This document shows positions 13,001 through 28,000 of a stretch of 64,000 nucleotides of DNA, in pieces. The notes beneath the pieces were generated by a model. That model saw only the letters and a list, made by a program, of their open reading frames with translations, searched no databases and was not told where the DNA came from. This DNA comes from Phoronis australis (taxonomy: Eukaryota; Animalia; Phoronida): NCBI GenBank assembly GCA_002633005.1, contig NMRA01000024.1:1553855-1617854 (forward strand). The letters run 5' to 3'. Every line of letters starts with the position of its first letter. Positions within the stretch are counted from its first letter, which is position 1. Made by a program: the position numbers and the translations under genes.

Positions 13001-16000
13001 AACCTCACTAATTTAGGCCATAATATGGCCGAGGGAAATTTCATTTCATCATCTTTTCCAGAAAACGTGTACTGGTAGTGCCAAATTGACCATACATGTT
13101 ACCCAATACTGGAATTATGTATTTGCTATAGATTTCGATGTTTCTGTAGTGCTACGGCGTAGTAACAAAATGTTACATATTTCTGGTAATTAATACACAT
13201 TTTTGCCCATGTTCATAACAAAGATTTCAAACCTCCGCTTTGGCTTTTACTGGCAATCTCTTTGTCGAAATATCATGATAATATCTCTTATTACGAGCCT
13301 TGCTCGATCAGGGCCAGATGAGTTTCCAAGGAGCATAACAACACTCACAGTTACTAGATTAAGAGCCTCTAATAGGTAAGTAGGTGCATGTAATGCATTT
13401 TGACACTTGACAATATTTTGACTCATTTTCATCAGTGCTATGGTTTTTTACAGCCATTGCTATGGCTAGAGCAAAAAAATGGTTGACATGTATGAATTAA
13501 GTGGTTTTCCAAGTTCAAATTTTAAAGCACAGTTGACATTCACCAAGTCAGAAGCTTTTAAAAAATGAAAACGGGCATTTTCTTATCATTTTTGTCCAAA
13601 ATCAGTGAGAATTTTTCATACTTAGTATAGCGTAGAAAAAGCTCAACATTGAAGCCAACGCCACCACAACCAGATGAATAACAGAATTTTAATTAAACCA
13701 GCACTAATATCATTTCACTCCTGGTGTTTCACTGTAAACTTAGAAGTCAAAATGAAAGACTTGGCCAACGCAAGTTTCAAATGGAGTGCATTAACACTAC
13801 ATATAGGAATAAATTTTCCATTCAGAACAGACTACAAATGAATTGAAATTTTACAATTAAAATATAAATAATGACAATAGTTTAAAAATTTTTTAGCCAG
13901 CTAAGCAGAACAAAATGCAATTTGAATGTGACTGTTATGAATCATACTTGAACAGAATCAATGAGCCATTTAGCCAATAGATTAGGATTCGTCAAACTTC
14001 CTTAGGACAAGTGATTTTCTGTTGGAATTAGCACTCCTAAAAAGACACCATTTTCTGACAGGTTGACAAACAAGGTGAAAAACTGTAGCCAGGGGCAGAT
14101 CGAGCATTTTGAGTTATGGGGTGTGGGCAAGACAGAGTATTAGCCAGAATTTTGCCCGTCAGACATCGCACACCCAAAGTGCCAAGTGGAATCTGAAAGA
14201 ATTCCTCCCTAAACCCGCCATTGGTAGACTGTGCTACTAAAAGACCACAAACCTCCATTTTATGACAGAAAGTCACATCAGTAGGAATACGTGTTCAATG
14301 TTGAAGTAAATGACAGCAGTCCCGTTAACTTAACACATCCGATCAGAGAACAGAGCACCAACAACAATACTCGATAAACGATAAACGATTAGTCGGTAAC
14401 TGTAGATGGCTATTATTTGTATTTGCCTATGGTACACTGGGTCAACTTGTCTGATCCATAACACAACTAACATATGTTGAATATAATTACACCACTGACT
14501 ATTATACGATACTCAGGTAAAGGAGAGGGTGACTTTGTTATGAAAACATTCAATTGCTTGTTGCACGTTGTTAACAAGGAACTCATAATAATTATGTAAA
14601 TGAATCAAGACCACATGTTGAATATAGTTAAACTATTGACTTCAGTATGAATGCTAGACAGACGTGGACTTTGCTACGAAAAAAATCAATTGTTTGTTAT
14701 AGGTTGTGGGCAAAGAACTGGTAATATGTGAAAGAATTAGAATGAATTTCGTTGACAACCCTGAATAGCAATTCATCGTAAATTTGAAATTGCAAGAGCA
14801 AAGATCCCTGAAATTTAAGCTGCATAAACAAGCTAACTTCTAAGTGTAATTCGAACACAAAAATCACCAAACATTCATTGGCATTTAGACACCGGATTTG
14901 GTGCAAATTTTTGCCATTGTGTTGAATCCCTTGTGTGACTAAAATGAATACAAAATGCTCTGGGGAATCGTTTGTTATTCTATACTGAACAGCTTCTCAT
15001 TTCTAATGAAGCTTTAGCAAGAAATAAAATAATGCTTTGAAAACTGCATGCTACTTTCATTTCAATTCACCCCTGGGTATTTCAGCTGCACATTGAGTAT
15101 TTTGTCCAATGGAACCAATTGTGGACAATTACAGTAATTAAAGTGACAGAGCAGAGGTATGGAACAATAGTCGACAATTACAGTAACATGTGACAGTGCA
15201 GAGGTATGAGCCAACAGGAACCGTCACTGTCTGCCTCTATACACAAAAAGGATTCAGAGTTACCTTAGCTTCTTGTTCAGCCTTTTGTCGAGCCTTCTCA
15301 ACGGCTATGCGGTCCTCTTCCATTTTACGTCGATATTCGTCGCGCATCTAAAAACACGGCCACAAACTTGTTAACCCATGCAACCCAGGCAACACAGCTT
15401 TTACTCACAGCGCAAAGCGTGACTATACAAATATCATAGTGATTACCCAGTGATGAACCAGCATAAGTTGAGATTAATTTCATGCATGTACTTAGTGACC
15501 ACAGTAGGCATTACATACACAACCCCTGGATATTTGAATCTTCTGCACTAGGACAAGGGATCTGCTTCGCTACATAAAAAGGGGCCTGTTTCACTACAGA
15601 CACTTAAATTACTAATGTTAAAACATCTTATTTGTTTGTCTGACAAATGCAAATAATACCTCGAGTCAGTGACTCACTAACAAAAAAGTGGGGTGCTTTC
15701 ATGGTCCAAACTGCTTTGATTTTGGGACCAAATGTTGGTCCAATTCTCTCTAACTAAAATATTTAAAAATCACCCTCATTTGGTCCAAAAATCCCCTCCA
15801 GTGAATAAAAAAGTTCCTGATAAGGGCTAATGAATTGGTGGTGACCAGGGGTAGGGAATTTTCACTTCAAACAAAAAATTCCCCTCTCAGAAGGCACAGT
15901 CAGGCACCACGTCGAGTGAGCTAGGGCCTTGGCTCTGGTCATAACACCAGTTATAAATCCTATAAAAGGCATAAAAAGTAATGCACCTACATTAGTTTGC

Positions 16001-19000
16001 AAAATTCCTGTGACTAAATGTATAGCAAAGATGTATGAATTACCTGAGTCACCTTCAAAGAAGAAGTTAAGCAAAAATATCCTCTGCCACAGATGTGTGT
16101 GATACAAACAAACAACAAAATCGACCAGACTCACAATTTTCAAGTAATTTACAAATGGGTGTATTGTTGGTCTGTTTTGGCATTAACTAACAAGGTTGCC
16201 AAGAAACAACTTTCTATGAGAACAGCCCCGGGACTCAAAGAAAAATGATAAAGCAATTGCCACTGGGACAGGTGTGACAGGCAAGTAACGCTAAGACAAA
16301 TACAAGAGGCAACTGCTAAAGGGCCAAATACAGCAGGCAACCGTTTCCTGGGCGGACAAAGGCAATTGTTACTGGGACAAATACAACAGGCAATTATCTC
16401 CAGGGTGGACATAGGCAACTGTTGCTGGGACAAATAAAAAAGGCAACTGTCTCCAGGGCGGACACAGGCAATTTTTACTAAGACAAATAAAACAGGCAAC
16501 ACTGTTACAGAAATAAATACACCAAGCAATGGAAAGTTCTGACATCAATCAAGCCAAGTAGGGCAGACAAAAATGTGACCACTGCACTTGTCCTTCACCT
16601 TTAGTCTCACAAAAACTAAAATTAATGAAAGCAGAAAGATGATTTCTATGAGCTTAAGACACTTTCAATGCAGACTTATGGTAAGTAAACATGGAAAAGG
16701 GTGAACAGGGTGTAAAAGTATGTGGCAGACATTGTAATCAGCTGACTATATGCCTGGGAATAAGACTTCAGAATAAACAGCTAAAAGTGAAACAAATTCC
16801 CTTTCCTAATGTGTCACAAATTTGTTCTTCTTATTAGAAGTATCTGATGTGATTTAGGGTAAAAAATGTGTGGGTGACAGTACACGTGACCTCATTGACA
16901 ACCCACCAAGAACCACATATGTGTATTGTTATTCCCAACACCAGACCAGATGCAGACAGATACAGATTTCTTTTGTCAGGACATACCAGAATTGACATTC
17001 ACAACCAGTCCTATTTAGACTATCTAATTACAAATATCTGCACCAGTGGCTACCAACAAAACTTTACACCATGTGATCCCACAAAGACATTTTCTCCTCA
17101 TCTTCATTTGTACTAAGGAATATAAGTCACAAGAACACGTCCTAATCTTGCAAACATAATTTGAGTACAGGGGAGAACAGCTTTAAGCTATAGGCAGTCA
17201 CAGTATACCAAGCTGTTTGAATTAGTCTGGCACCAGAATGAAGTTGATGAGAATGGGTTTCAGTCATCTATGAATGGAATTTTGGATATACTGCTGTCTG
17301 AAATGGTTATTTTTACACCAGAGCTCTTTGCAATAATTGCGTATTTCAGTAAAACATCATGACAAAAAGAATCAGTTGTACTACAATTACAAGGGACCTC
17401 TTCCATATTAGCTTGTGGGATTTTGTAATGATAGCTATGATTGGTGTGGCCAAACCATTTTTAACTGGACAGATTCAGAGGGTAATTGTTCGTGGGACAA
17501 ATACAAAGGGAAAATTGTCACTGGGACAAATAAGGCAGGAAATTGTGACCTGGACACATGTTGCAGGTGGCTGTCAGCAGGACAAGTGCAACACGTAATT
17601 GTCACGACAACAAATACAAGAGACAACTATCACTAAATCAAATACAACAAGCACTTGTCATGGAGACATGCATAAAATAGAACACTATCACCGCAGAGAC
17701 ACATGTTGCAATTAGTTGTTACTTGAACATGTACAACATGCACCAGTTAGTGGGACAAATACAGCCACGAAATAATGACCACTGGGACAACTATAACAGG
17801 CAACTATTATAGTGACAAATACAATAGGTAACTAACACTGCTGCGAAAATTAAAACAAACAACTGTCGCTGGGCCAAGCAATAGTCACGGGACAGATACA
17901 AGAGGATACAGTCACAAAGAAGCCAATCTTGGCTTGATCTTAAAGACAAAAATGTGTGCTTGTTTTCCAGTTACCTGAATGTAAATCTTCCTCTGTCTCT
18001 GCATTTTGAACTGTGCTTGGGCCTTTATGAAACCCTTTCTGATCAGCATGAAGCGAGTCCTGGAAATAGAGTCAAGTAACAAATGGGATGGGCGAAGAGT
18101 AAATCAACTCGATATTGGCTCAAGCAAAAGTCAGTGCCAAGGTTTGATCTCCTAATACTGGTTTTGGGGAAAACTCAAATTTTCAGCTCAAGAACTACAA
18201 CTACTACACGAATCTGAAGTCAACAGTCATTCTCGGACATTTAACGAAAAACTGACAAGATATGGAAAGTGTCAAACTAACAGTGCATCAATTAACCATA
18301 AGTAGCCGAAGTCCCATGAATTAAGTACGTGTCCATTTTTATAAACAAAGTGATCTACTATTGTATGATATGCTTGTATTACTCAGTAATGGAAATGCTC
18401 GACCAGTGAGTAACTGAAAACTTTACCATATCCAACAAATATTACACATACCTACATGTGTTTTACATGATACACACTTTCATGGAAACATGAGAATAAG
18501 AATAACTATTAACAGAATAGAAAACACTTTTCTTTTTCAAAAAAAGTCCTCTGAGAATAAAACAAAACTGATAACTAAAGGAGAACAGACACGAGTTGCA
18601 CATTCTGATTTTGTTATTCACAACACTGACTAACACTGACAGGGAACACGTCAACAGACTTACGTAGGTTGGTAGCGTTTCAGAGAAGAATGAATAATTC
18701 AGAGACAGACTGAGAATTTCAGAATTGGGTAGAATTTATTCGCCAACAAAACGGCATATTTCACACATTCACGCATTCTTCATGCCTTCTGCGCAAGACA
18801 AAAGAGGGGGGTACTGTGTAAGGGGGTTAGAACAAGAAATAAAAGACAGGATACAACACCCTTTTCACATTTCAACCAACTCACCAGACGGTTGATATAA
18901 ACGTAATATCCTGATGCTACCCCTCTCAATTAATGGTATTCATTGACAATACCACGCAGCCATGAGACAATTTGGTTCATTGCTGTCAAGCTCATCAATG

Positions 19001-22000
19001 TTTTACATGAAAGCTAGTTTGCCATTTGTCATTCTAATGCCAGTTAAGTTTTACTGTCGATGCACATTGGCTCGAAATGCTGGCATAACACTGACAGGTC
19101 GAGGGAACAAGCAAGGACTCTTCAACGTTCAAATTCACGCAGAAATACATTTAGCGACCTAACACTTCAAAAACTAGGCAAATTGTAAGAGTTGAATTTA
19201 GGGTTTGGCTTTGGACGAAGTCAAAGACCAGGAGGTATACATTAACAAGCACAGGTTTTCGATGTATGGGTGGTAATTTGCCCAGATGAATATTTGACGA
19301 TGTCTCAGTCAACTCTGCTGCTAGATTTTATCATCTAATTCAAGAGCATGTAAGAGATCTTGTGTTGAATGTCTCGCGTAGAGTTAAAGTAAGTAAGTTC
19401 CTGAATAAATATCTTTCCACACAAAAGACAATTAAACTTTTGAAGCTGCTTGAATTGTGTTGAAGCCAAAGGTAAGAAAACTATACTGTACAAAAACTTG
19501 TCTCGGCAACATCATTGTATCAGGTGAATGATTAACTAACTTCAGTTTATGGTCTAACACTCCTTTGAAAATGCAAATAACTACAAACATTGAAAAGATA
19601 TTCTTTCCAAATCAATACTTCTAATGAAGCAGGTCATAAATGTTTATGTTCACATATCATTAAAACAGTCGCTTTCAGAAATCTTGTGACCATACCGTTG
19701 AATCCAGCGTCTGACGGACGCTTGAAGAAGAATGCTCGCTCGAAGCATGCGCTGGTACCGTCTCTTGGCAATGTAACACCGCGCATGCTTTTGCAAAACG
19801 AGTATGGCCTTGTCGAGTTTCTGCTGTCGCTCAGCTTCCAGGTGAGTGTTGAAAGATTCACGCATAAACACCTGAAAGTAACAGACTTTCCATTTTATTT
19901 CAGTAAAAAAGTGTGACCTTATGTATTCAAGAGGTTCCCGCATTTGCACAATGCACACCTAGTTGGTGGTCCCTAACACATTTAGAAACCTGCGCCTTAC
20001 TGTTCAACTTGATAAATACTACACAAAAACATATCTAAGGTTGTTTTTTAACGATGAGTCTTGCTAACTGAGTGTCAATCACAACTTTTATGACTTTAAG
20101 CCAGCCACATCATAGGGCCGCTCAAGTTGGGAAAAAATCAGGTGACATTTTCTAGAAATAACAAAACAAGAGCAACGCAGAGCGTTGAAATGCGCCCACA
20201 ATTGCACCACATACGGTATCCTTCTAGGGTTGTTTATTGGTACCATAAAGTGGCCAGTAGAGGGCATATATGTAGTATGTTGTATTTTGCAAAATGGAAA
20301 GGCATGGTCATTGTCTCCTCAATAGGCTAGGGGCAAAATGTGAGTGATCTTCATAATACAAGCACATCCTATNNNNNNNNNNNNNNNNNNNNNNNNNNNN
20401 NNNNNNNNNNNNNNNNNNNNNNNNNNNNNNNNNNNNNNNNNNNNNNNNNNNNNNNNNNNNNNNNNNNNNNNNNNNNNNNNNNNNNNNNNNNNNNNNNNNN
20501 NNNNNNNNNNNNNNNNNNNNNNNNNNNNNNNNNNNNNNNNNNNNNNNNNNNNNNNNNNNNNNNNNNNNNNNNNNNNNNNNNNNNNNNNNNNNNNNNNNNN
20601 NNNNNNNNNNNNNNNNNNNNNNNNNNNNNNNNNNNNNNNNNNNNNNNNNNNNNNNNNNNNNNNNNNNNNNNNNNNNNNNNNNNNNNNNNNNNNNNNNNNN
20701 NNNNNNNNNNNNNNNNNNNNNNNNNNNNNNNNNNNNNNNNNNNNNNNNNNNNNNNNNNNNNNNNNNNNNNNNNNNNNNNNNNNNNNNNNNNNNNNNNNNN
20801 NNNNNNNNNNNNNNNNACATGCCAATTTTCACAATCATTCTTTGAGCGGTTTGGTTGATAGAGGGGTGGACGCACAAAAACAGACTCGAAAACACTAAAA
20901 ATGGCCACTAGGTGGCGCAAACTATGTCGAATCCATCTGAAAACGGCAGGATAGCGTCACCTCACTAATAGGTGCCTACATACCAAATTTCATGAAAATC
21001 CGTTCATGACTTTTGAAGATACAAAGGCAAGCGTAAAAAACTAAAATTGCCACTAGGGGGCACACCGGTAGTCGGATCCGTCCGAAAGTTCGCATATGCC
21101 GTCCCATTCATAAATGGAACATATGTGCCAAATTTCATGAACATATGTCAAAGGGTTTTGGAGATAGAGCAGCGGACGCCGGACGCCGCCCGTACGGACG
21201 GACGGACGGACGGACGGAGATGACGGCATAATGCGTCCACATATAAATATGTGGGCGCATAAAAATACTGTATCACCACTTTGTTCTTAAAAAACGCCAA
21301 CCAGAACCAATTGTTTTGTCCTAAAGAGTTTGTAATACACAAGCCAGCTTACAAGATCTGTAACCTAGAGAATATCCCAAGCAGCAATCGTGACCATAGA
21401 GACACACCCGCAAATTACAGAGAAATGACCTACATGGAAATTTACTGTTCCATTTGAAAAAAATTCTAACTTGATAATTTAAAAAACTTGATTTGCATGT
21501 TCCTTAAATCCCGTTCATTTTGATGCAATCAGATACTGGTGTCATAGATTTGTGGTGTGCATTCAATTCAAACCCTGATCAATCAAGGTTGAAAACACGG
21601 GGGCACACATAGTGAAAGGTGCGAATTGGGAGAGGGCATTGAAATGGTTATACCTGTTTTTCATAACTTAGGTATACAGATGGGACCCACTTTTTGCCTG
21701 TGCTTCAGGTACACACGGTACCCCTGAAGCTTAGTAGACGTGCACAAATTATAGCCATTTTAAGAAGATCACAATTTTCAAAGCCAAGCAGCAACCCCTC
21801 ACACATATATGGGTAGTGCACCCGTGGAACAAGTCCGGCCTACCCTTGTCGTTCCGAGCTGATAGTGTTGAACGTGTACTCCGCCAACAGCGTCCATGAT
21901 GGTGGTGCAGAACAGCTTGATATTCTTCCTGTTGTCCACCTGTTGGCTGTTCAGTAAGCAAAAGAACCTGGAAATGACGTAAATTAGTGTAACAACAAAA

Positions 22001-25000
22001 ATCGATGAAACAATATATTCTTTATGATCATAATATTCAAGACCATGGTCTGCGTTATTTATTGTCTGCACACAGCGGCAGTTTCAATAAATGACAATTT
22101 TGCAGAATTCATCAAATACGAGACATCACAGCCTGTACGTTTGCAAAAATAATTCATACCATCTGAAATGGCAAATCATGAAGTTTTCCAACTGGTTTCA
22201 CCACGTTCCAAATAACTATTACTTGCCTGTCGATAAAAGCGCGGAAGCGCGTTCTGATTGGATAGCCGAGCTTGCGGATGCGGATAGTCTCTAGCATGCC
22301 AGTGTAGCGAAGCTGATCCATGACAATGGCTGTGTCAAAGGTCATGGGTGCTTTACTGGCGTTGGGCTTGATGCATCGAACAAACAACGGGTTGCATCTA
22401 CAAACAGAATAACTACAGAGATGAAGATTTTAAGAAGCAGCACTTCAGGAATTCTAGTCAGAGACCCTATCGAGTTTGAAACAACCCGACGGTGTATTTC
22501 TATACGTCAGGGTTAGTTAGCTTGACCCAAGCATTCTGGAACAAGGTACATGCGGCATATAACTCTCTGGCTTTTTGAGACCAAGAAGGCATCTTTCATT
22601 TCACTACATTACTAATTCTGGTCTGCCGAGTTGACGTGGATGAAATGCAATTTTTATCTAATGCAGACATTTGGAGACATGGGTGATTGTTGACCTCAAT
22701 CCTGAGGCTGTTACACAGAACAACATTGGCGACTTGAAGACATAATGATCACAAAGAATCTTCATGACAATGCTGCATATAACAGCACATTACGCTGCCC
22801 AGGGACTACTCTACTGACGTCCACCAACGAGGCATATTTCACTATAGCATTGCTATTCCATTAGATGATTACGAAACACCGTTCACGAACAACACAAAGC
22901 AACAACGAGCATGCAGTTCACTGGTTGCTGTTCGTTAAGGGTACTACATAAGCCAGCTGAACAAAACACTAATTGGCATTCCAAAGTCTATGTTGCATAA
23001 AACAAATTAGCCCTCTAGAGACAAGCAAAAATCGCACCTCACTGAATAAGTCTGACAAACACTACTCATCTGCTAACAAACGTGCAATGACAACAAAGAA
23101 CATAGCAGTGTGAAGTAGCAGTACACACATAGTGTACATTCATCTTCAGGGGAATTCAGTTTAATCAGAATGTTGGTTTGCCGTAAGTGATTCCAAATAC
23201 CCAGCCTTCCTCAGGATTCTGCCAAGAGCATTTCCCTTCCTATCAGGAAATCACCAAAAACATGACCCAACTGTACAGTATACTGGAGCATTTTACACTG
23301 TTTAGTAGGTGAAAACTGTATCCCAGTACAGGATCGTGTGCCCCAAAATTGATCTTGGCGTATTTTTACACGAAAAATGTGATCTTATCAGGCGAAACAT
23401 ATTAGAACCTGAACAACCAAGGAATGCTTTAAGAAGCCTTCTGCCACAAAAAAGTAACTTTCGATGGCATACAATTACAAATTAACAGATCCCAACATGT
23501 CCAAACTTGTTCCTTCACAATATTTAGATTCGAAGCAATTTCTGAGCACAGGAAAATCTAGCACTTCTTTAGTGATTGAGACGATGTTCGGCCCATAAAA
23601 TAAGACATATGAGGCTAACTTAACGAGTCACGTTTCAAGAATTAAATGAACAGTCAGCTCTTCCCGTGCTTAGAAATCAGGTCTTGTACCCTGACTACCA
23701 AAGATACAAAATGAGACCTGTTTAATGGTAAGCCAAGTAAATCTACAGCACTTTTTTCACAATGGCGGGTTTCTAGTGCCATAAAGATAACATCTACATT
23801 CAGCTGGAAACATGCAGCCACACAAACAAAAACAACAACAACAAAATTCTAACACACCAGGTACAGTAATTTACACATTTGCTAAGTTAATAACTTTTCA
23901 GTGAGATACAACTCCCAAATTCCGTGTAAACATGAACGAGTTGTCATCATATCTCATCACATTCGTCGTTCTCCGTTCATCACTCTCGTTATTGCACTTG
24001 AGCAAAACCAATCCCACAATGCATTACACTGAAGATACAGAATAAACATTTACGACAATTGAAGAAACTACTGCACCTTCTAACAAAACAAAATAACAAT
24101 CCTTCTGCTAATTCACACTCTTTTAATTCACATTTTGCTCCCGTGATGGTGCTTATACCAACGTAAAATTCTTCTCTATTTGCAAGGCACATGTCCGGAA
24201 CAGCAATTCACACAATTTTGTACAAATTAACAGAAGAATCGCCACACGCCATGAACAAAAAATGCCAAGTATAGTCTGCATAGCTTATACCTCGTCTGCT
24301 TTAAGTATCCATAGTTGTTTACTCTACATGAAAGAAAACAAAGTTAACCCAAACTAACGGCAGCAAAGGGATCAACATTGAGAAATAAATGCACAAGATA
24401 TTTGCTCTAGAAACACATAACTTTTAGAAAACATTTTTGTGTTACAAAAAATCAGTTAACATGTTCTCTAAGTGGTCTAGCTTATATCAGTATTCCGACT
24501 GGGACATGTAAGCTAAAAACAGTATGGCTAGACAATTAAATTGGACATAATAAAAACGCAACTTTCACTCAACTTACTTTGACATGCAGCCAATCAAATT
24601 CAGCAATGATTCGTTGAAGCTGGCTGCAACGGTGGGAGTTTTGGGTTTCATTGTCAGGAAGCGACCGGTGGATTTATTGACAGTTCTCGTGACGAGCGTG
24701 TCCCGCAATTTGTTAAACATTTCCGAAATCATCTCATTCTTGCTCTGAGTGAGAAGGTCCACCACGTCACTGCGCAAGGTGTCCTTGTTTTTCTCCAGGA
24801 AGCCCTTCACCTAAAACAAATCAGTCGTTGCCATCGGCTATTAATTTCTTGACCTAAAGTTCCAGCTTTTTAAAGATGCCCAGATCTAACGTTTTCTGTA
24901 GCTTTCTGAGCTTAACTCAAATTATTGTACGATGTATTTTTCGTAACGGACAATAAAAAAGACAAATATCACTAAGAAAAATTTATGACAATGTTCAATC

Positions 25001-28000
25001 AAATAAACGCATTGATAAAAAGGTCAGACGATTACTGAATACATCTGACTACATAAAAACCTAATGATTTTTCAAAATAAAGTCTGGTAATTTAAAAAGC
25101 AGAATGTTGTTAAAATACATGGGTTGTGGGACATAGTCCGCAAGCTCGTCACACACAAGCAATTCCCACTGGTCATGTTTCTGTTTGCATAAATTAAAAC
25201 TATACTCTATGCTACTTTATGGTTGTTCTAACGTATCCAATGGTAACCAACGTGAAACTGTACCCATTAGCAATTTCAACGTAAAATAGAAGTTCGGCAA
25301 AAAGACGTATGTCGCAGGAATACAGAAACTACAATGTCTAGCATTGTTCAAGAGGGCTACGCCAAAGCTTTGTCAGAAATTGGGTGAATGATTGACATCA
25401 GATCATTTTGAGCATGACATGTTTTCAACTTCTTTGACCAGATGAGCAGAAAGGTACATGGTTAGTCCCTAAAAGACGTACAAATGCATTTAACACATTT
25501 TAAATCAGTGCTTGGAATAATAAATGACAAAAAAGAGTAATTTGGTCCGGTGATATATGGTTCCGCAAATAAATAGGCTTGTGTGAAAGAAATATTTTTT
25601 GTGTTGTAAAATTTAACTGAAACAAACATTTTTACATTGGATAAAATCAAAACAATGATAAAAAGAGACGAAAAAAGAAGAAACTAGAAATCAAGTAGAA
25701 TGAAGTGGAAACCAACAAGAAGGAAATTCTCTTAAAAAAGGAAAATTCCAAGCCCTGTTAAATAGACATTTACAACTGCAGTTCCAGACTTCAGCTTGAC
25801 TTACGTTGTATGTGACCTGTCCTGCGTAGTGTTCGATGCGGAACTCTGAACTGGCCAATCGTGGCTTGCTGTAGAGTGAGGAGACCACGTGGTTAAAGTG
25901 ACACTTGTCCAGGAACGACTGATCCGTACCCTGCGTAGACCAACAAACATTTGTATTACAAAGTTTAAATTCCTCTTCACAATAGTCAATCTAGTAGTCA
26001 TGACTGGGAATTACGAATCAAATTGTCTGAAAACTTTTGGCTCACACTGTATCTAGTACAGCAGACAATGTAACGAGATATGCCAGCAGCACCGCTAGTC
26101 ATTGTGAAGTCAATTAAGGGCACAAGACAAACAAATTACAGATACAGAAAAGAACACTATTAGCATTGCGGTGATGGCCAAGTTATGACTATTACCTTCA
26201 GTCTTTTTTTGGTGTGCATACATTTTGGGTACACAACCGGTTGTTTGAAGACTAGCAGAAAAGTATCTTCTGATACGACATGAACGATAAACCAAGCGCT
26301 CAAGGACTATACTGACTTGACTCAAGAACTGATCAATCACATTGTGTGAAATAGAAAAAATAACTAAAAGAGAGATACGCAATTTTCCACGTCACTTTTG
26401 AAGCTAAATGTCGGTGGACCCGGAGCCAGAATATAATCAACAAGATGTTTAGCAGCCTGAATGTATCACCTTAGGGAAATGACTCTCATCATCCAACAAG
26501 TGTAGTATGCCAGTTGGCTTCTTGGACAGCAGGTCTAGGACAGGCTGATTGTCATGAAAGTCGATCGTCTGCCAGTCGATTTGCTCGCTGGCGTATACCT
26601 CCTGCTCTAGTTTAAAGATGTGTCGGTTGAAGTAAAGGTGAAGTGTTTCGTTGGCATAGTTGATGCACAGTTGCTCAAAACTGTTCACTGCAAAATCCTG
26701 AGGAGAGAGACCATCTTGATTCACACCGAGCAATTACAACCCCAAAATGTATGCCTTCAAGCCTATATTCTGACAATTTTTCCAATACAGGCAATTTTAA
26801 AGTTACAAATTATGTTTAGGATTCGTGGGCAGTTTCTCTAAATAAAACAGTTTGAGTGTCAGTGAAAAAAAAGCTTTTATTCCGCTATGATAAGTCGGGC
26901 AATCACCAAGCCAGTTATTTGTTTTAGACGACTGTTGAAATCATTATGTAGTTTTTTAGCTTGTATATGTTCAAAACACTTTATGAAAAGTGCAGAACCC
27001 AAGCAGCATTATGCCAAATCCTTGTCATCAACAGAAGACAACAGGAAAGCGCAAAAAAATGGCAGACCACAACTGAAGTTTGTTACTTTTAAAAGCTTTG
27101 CAGCAATGGACACGCATACCTCAAATCCGAATATATCCAGGATGGCGATTGAAAGAGTCTTGTTGGAGCGGTCCACTATCCGATTGATTCGTTCCACTAG
27201 CCATGTAAATAACCTCTGGTACAGTGCTTTGGCAACGGCATCCCTGCAAAAGAAGCCAGGCGGATCGATTGCAAGATATGAATAAATACAATGCACTGCT
27301 TACAGTATACTTAAGCGGAATAACAAGTTGATCTAGAACAATCTTGCTCTGATTTTATACCCAGTTGTGTATCCATTAACAATACAGAGCTGTAACATGG
27401 ATTCATCATGCTTTCCCTACAAACATATTTCTCTTCCCCAGAAGCACAGCTCTTGTCAACGGAGACGTAAACAAGCATGTGGCTGGTACAATGTGTAAAC
27501 AAGCATGTGGCTGGTACAATGTGTAAACAAGCATGAGGCTGGTACAATGTGTAAACAAGCATGTGGCTGGTATAATGTGTAAAAGCAGCAAGAATGGGTA
27601 CAATCGTCATTAACAAGAAATGTACTCGTCAGAAACAAATCGTTGTGCATGAAAAATGAATTTCAGCATATGAGAAAGGAAGAGTATTCACGTCAAGAGA
27701 ATGTCGTTATTGACACACTCAAAGTGGTTCCTAGGTCAAGAAGATTGAGTTTTCTTCCATGGGTAGGGGGCGCTGCCGTATGTTCAAAATCCACACCAAA
27801 TATAAATTGTCTGGTTGACCAGAACGTACAAGAGAACACCAAATGATGAAATCCCTCTTTCCTTCCAGTAACCCGCGAGACAATACAACAGAGGACAAGA
27901 TGATGTCCACGGGGACAAAATAACAGAATAGGCAGCCCACCAATGCGTATAACCCCCCCCCCACCATCACAAGCGAGCCATGTCGCCATACAGTAAGTAG

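Noticed and set aside
20308-20920. Long ORFs in several frames
   Set aside because: Artefacts of translating the 444-N gap.
27467-27582. 28-bp repeats resembling a CRISPR array (also 30783-31026 and 49684-49833)
   Set aside because: Head-to-tail with no unique spacers, no cas genes, and an intronic eukaryotic context.
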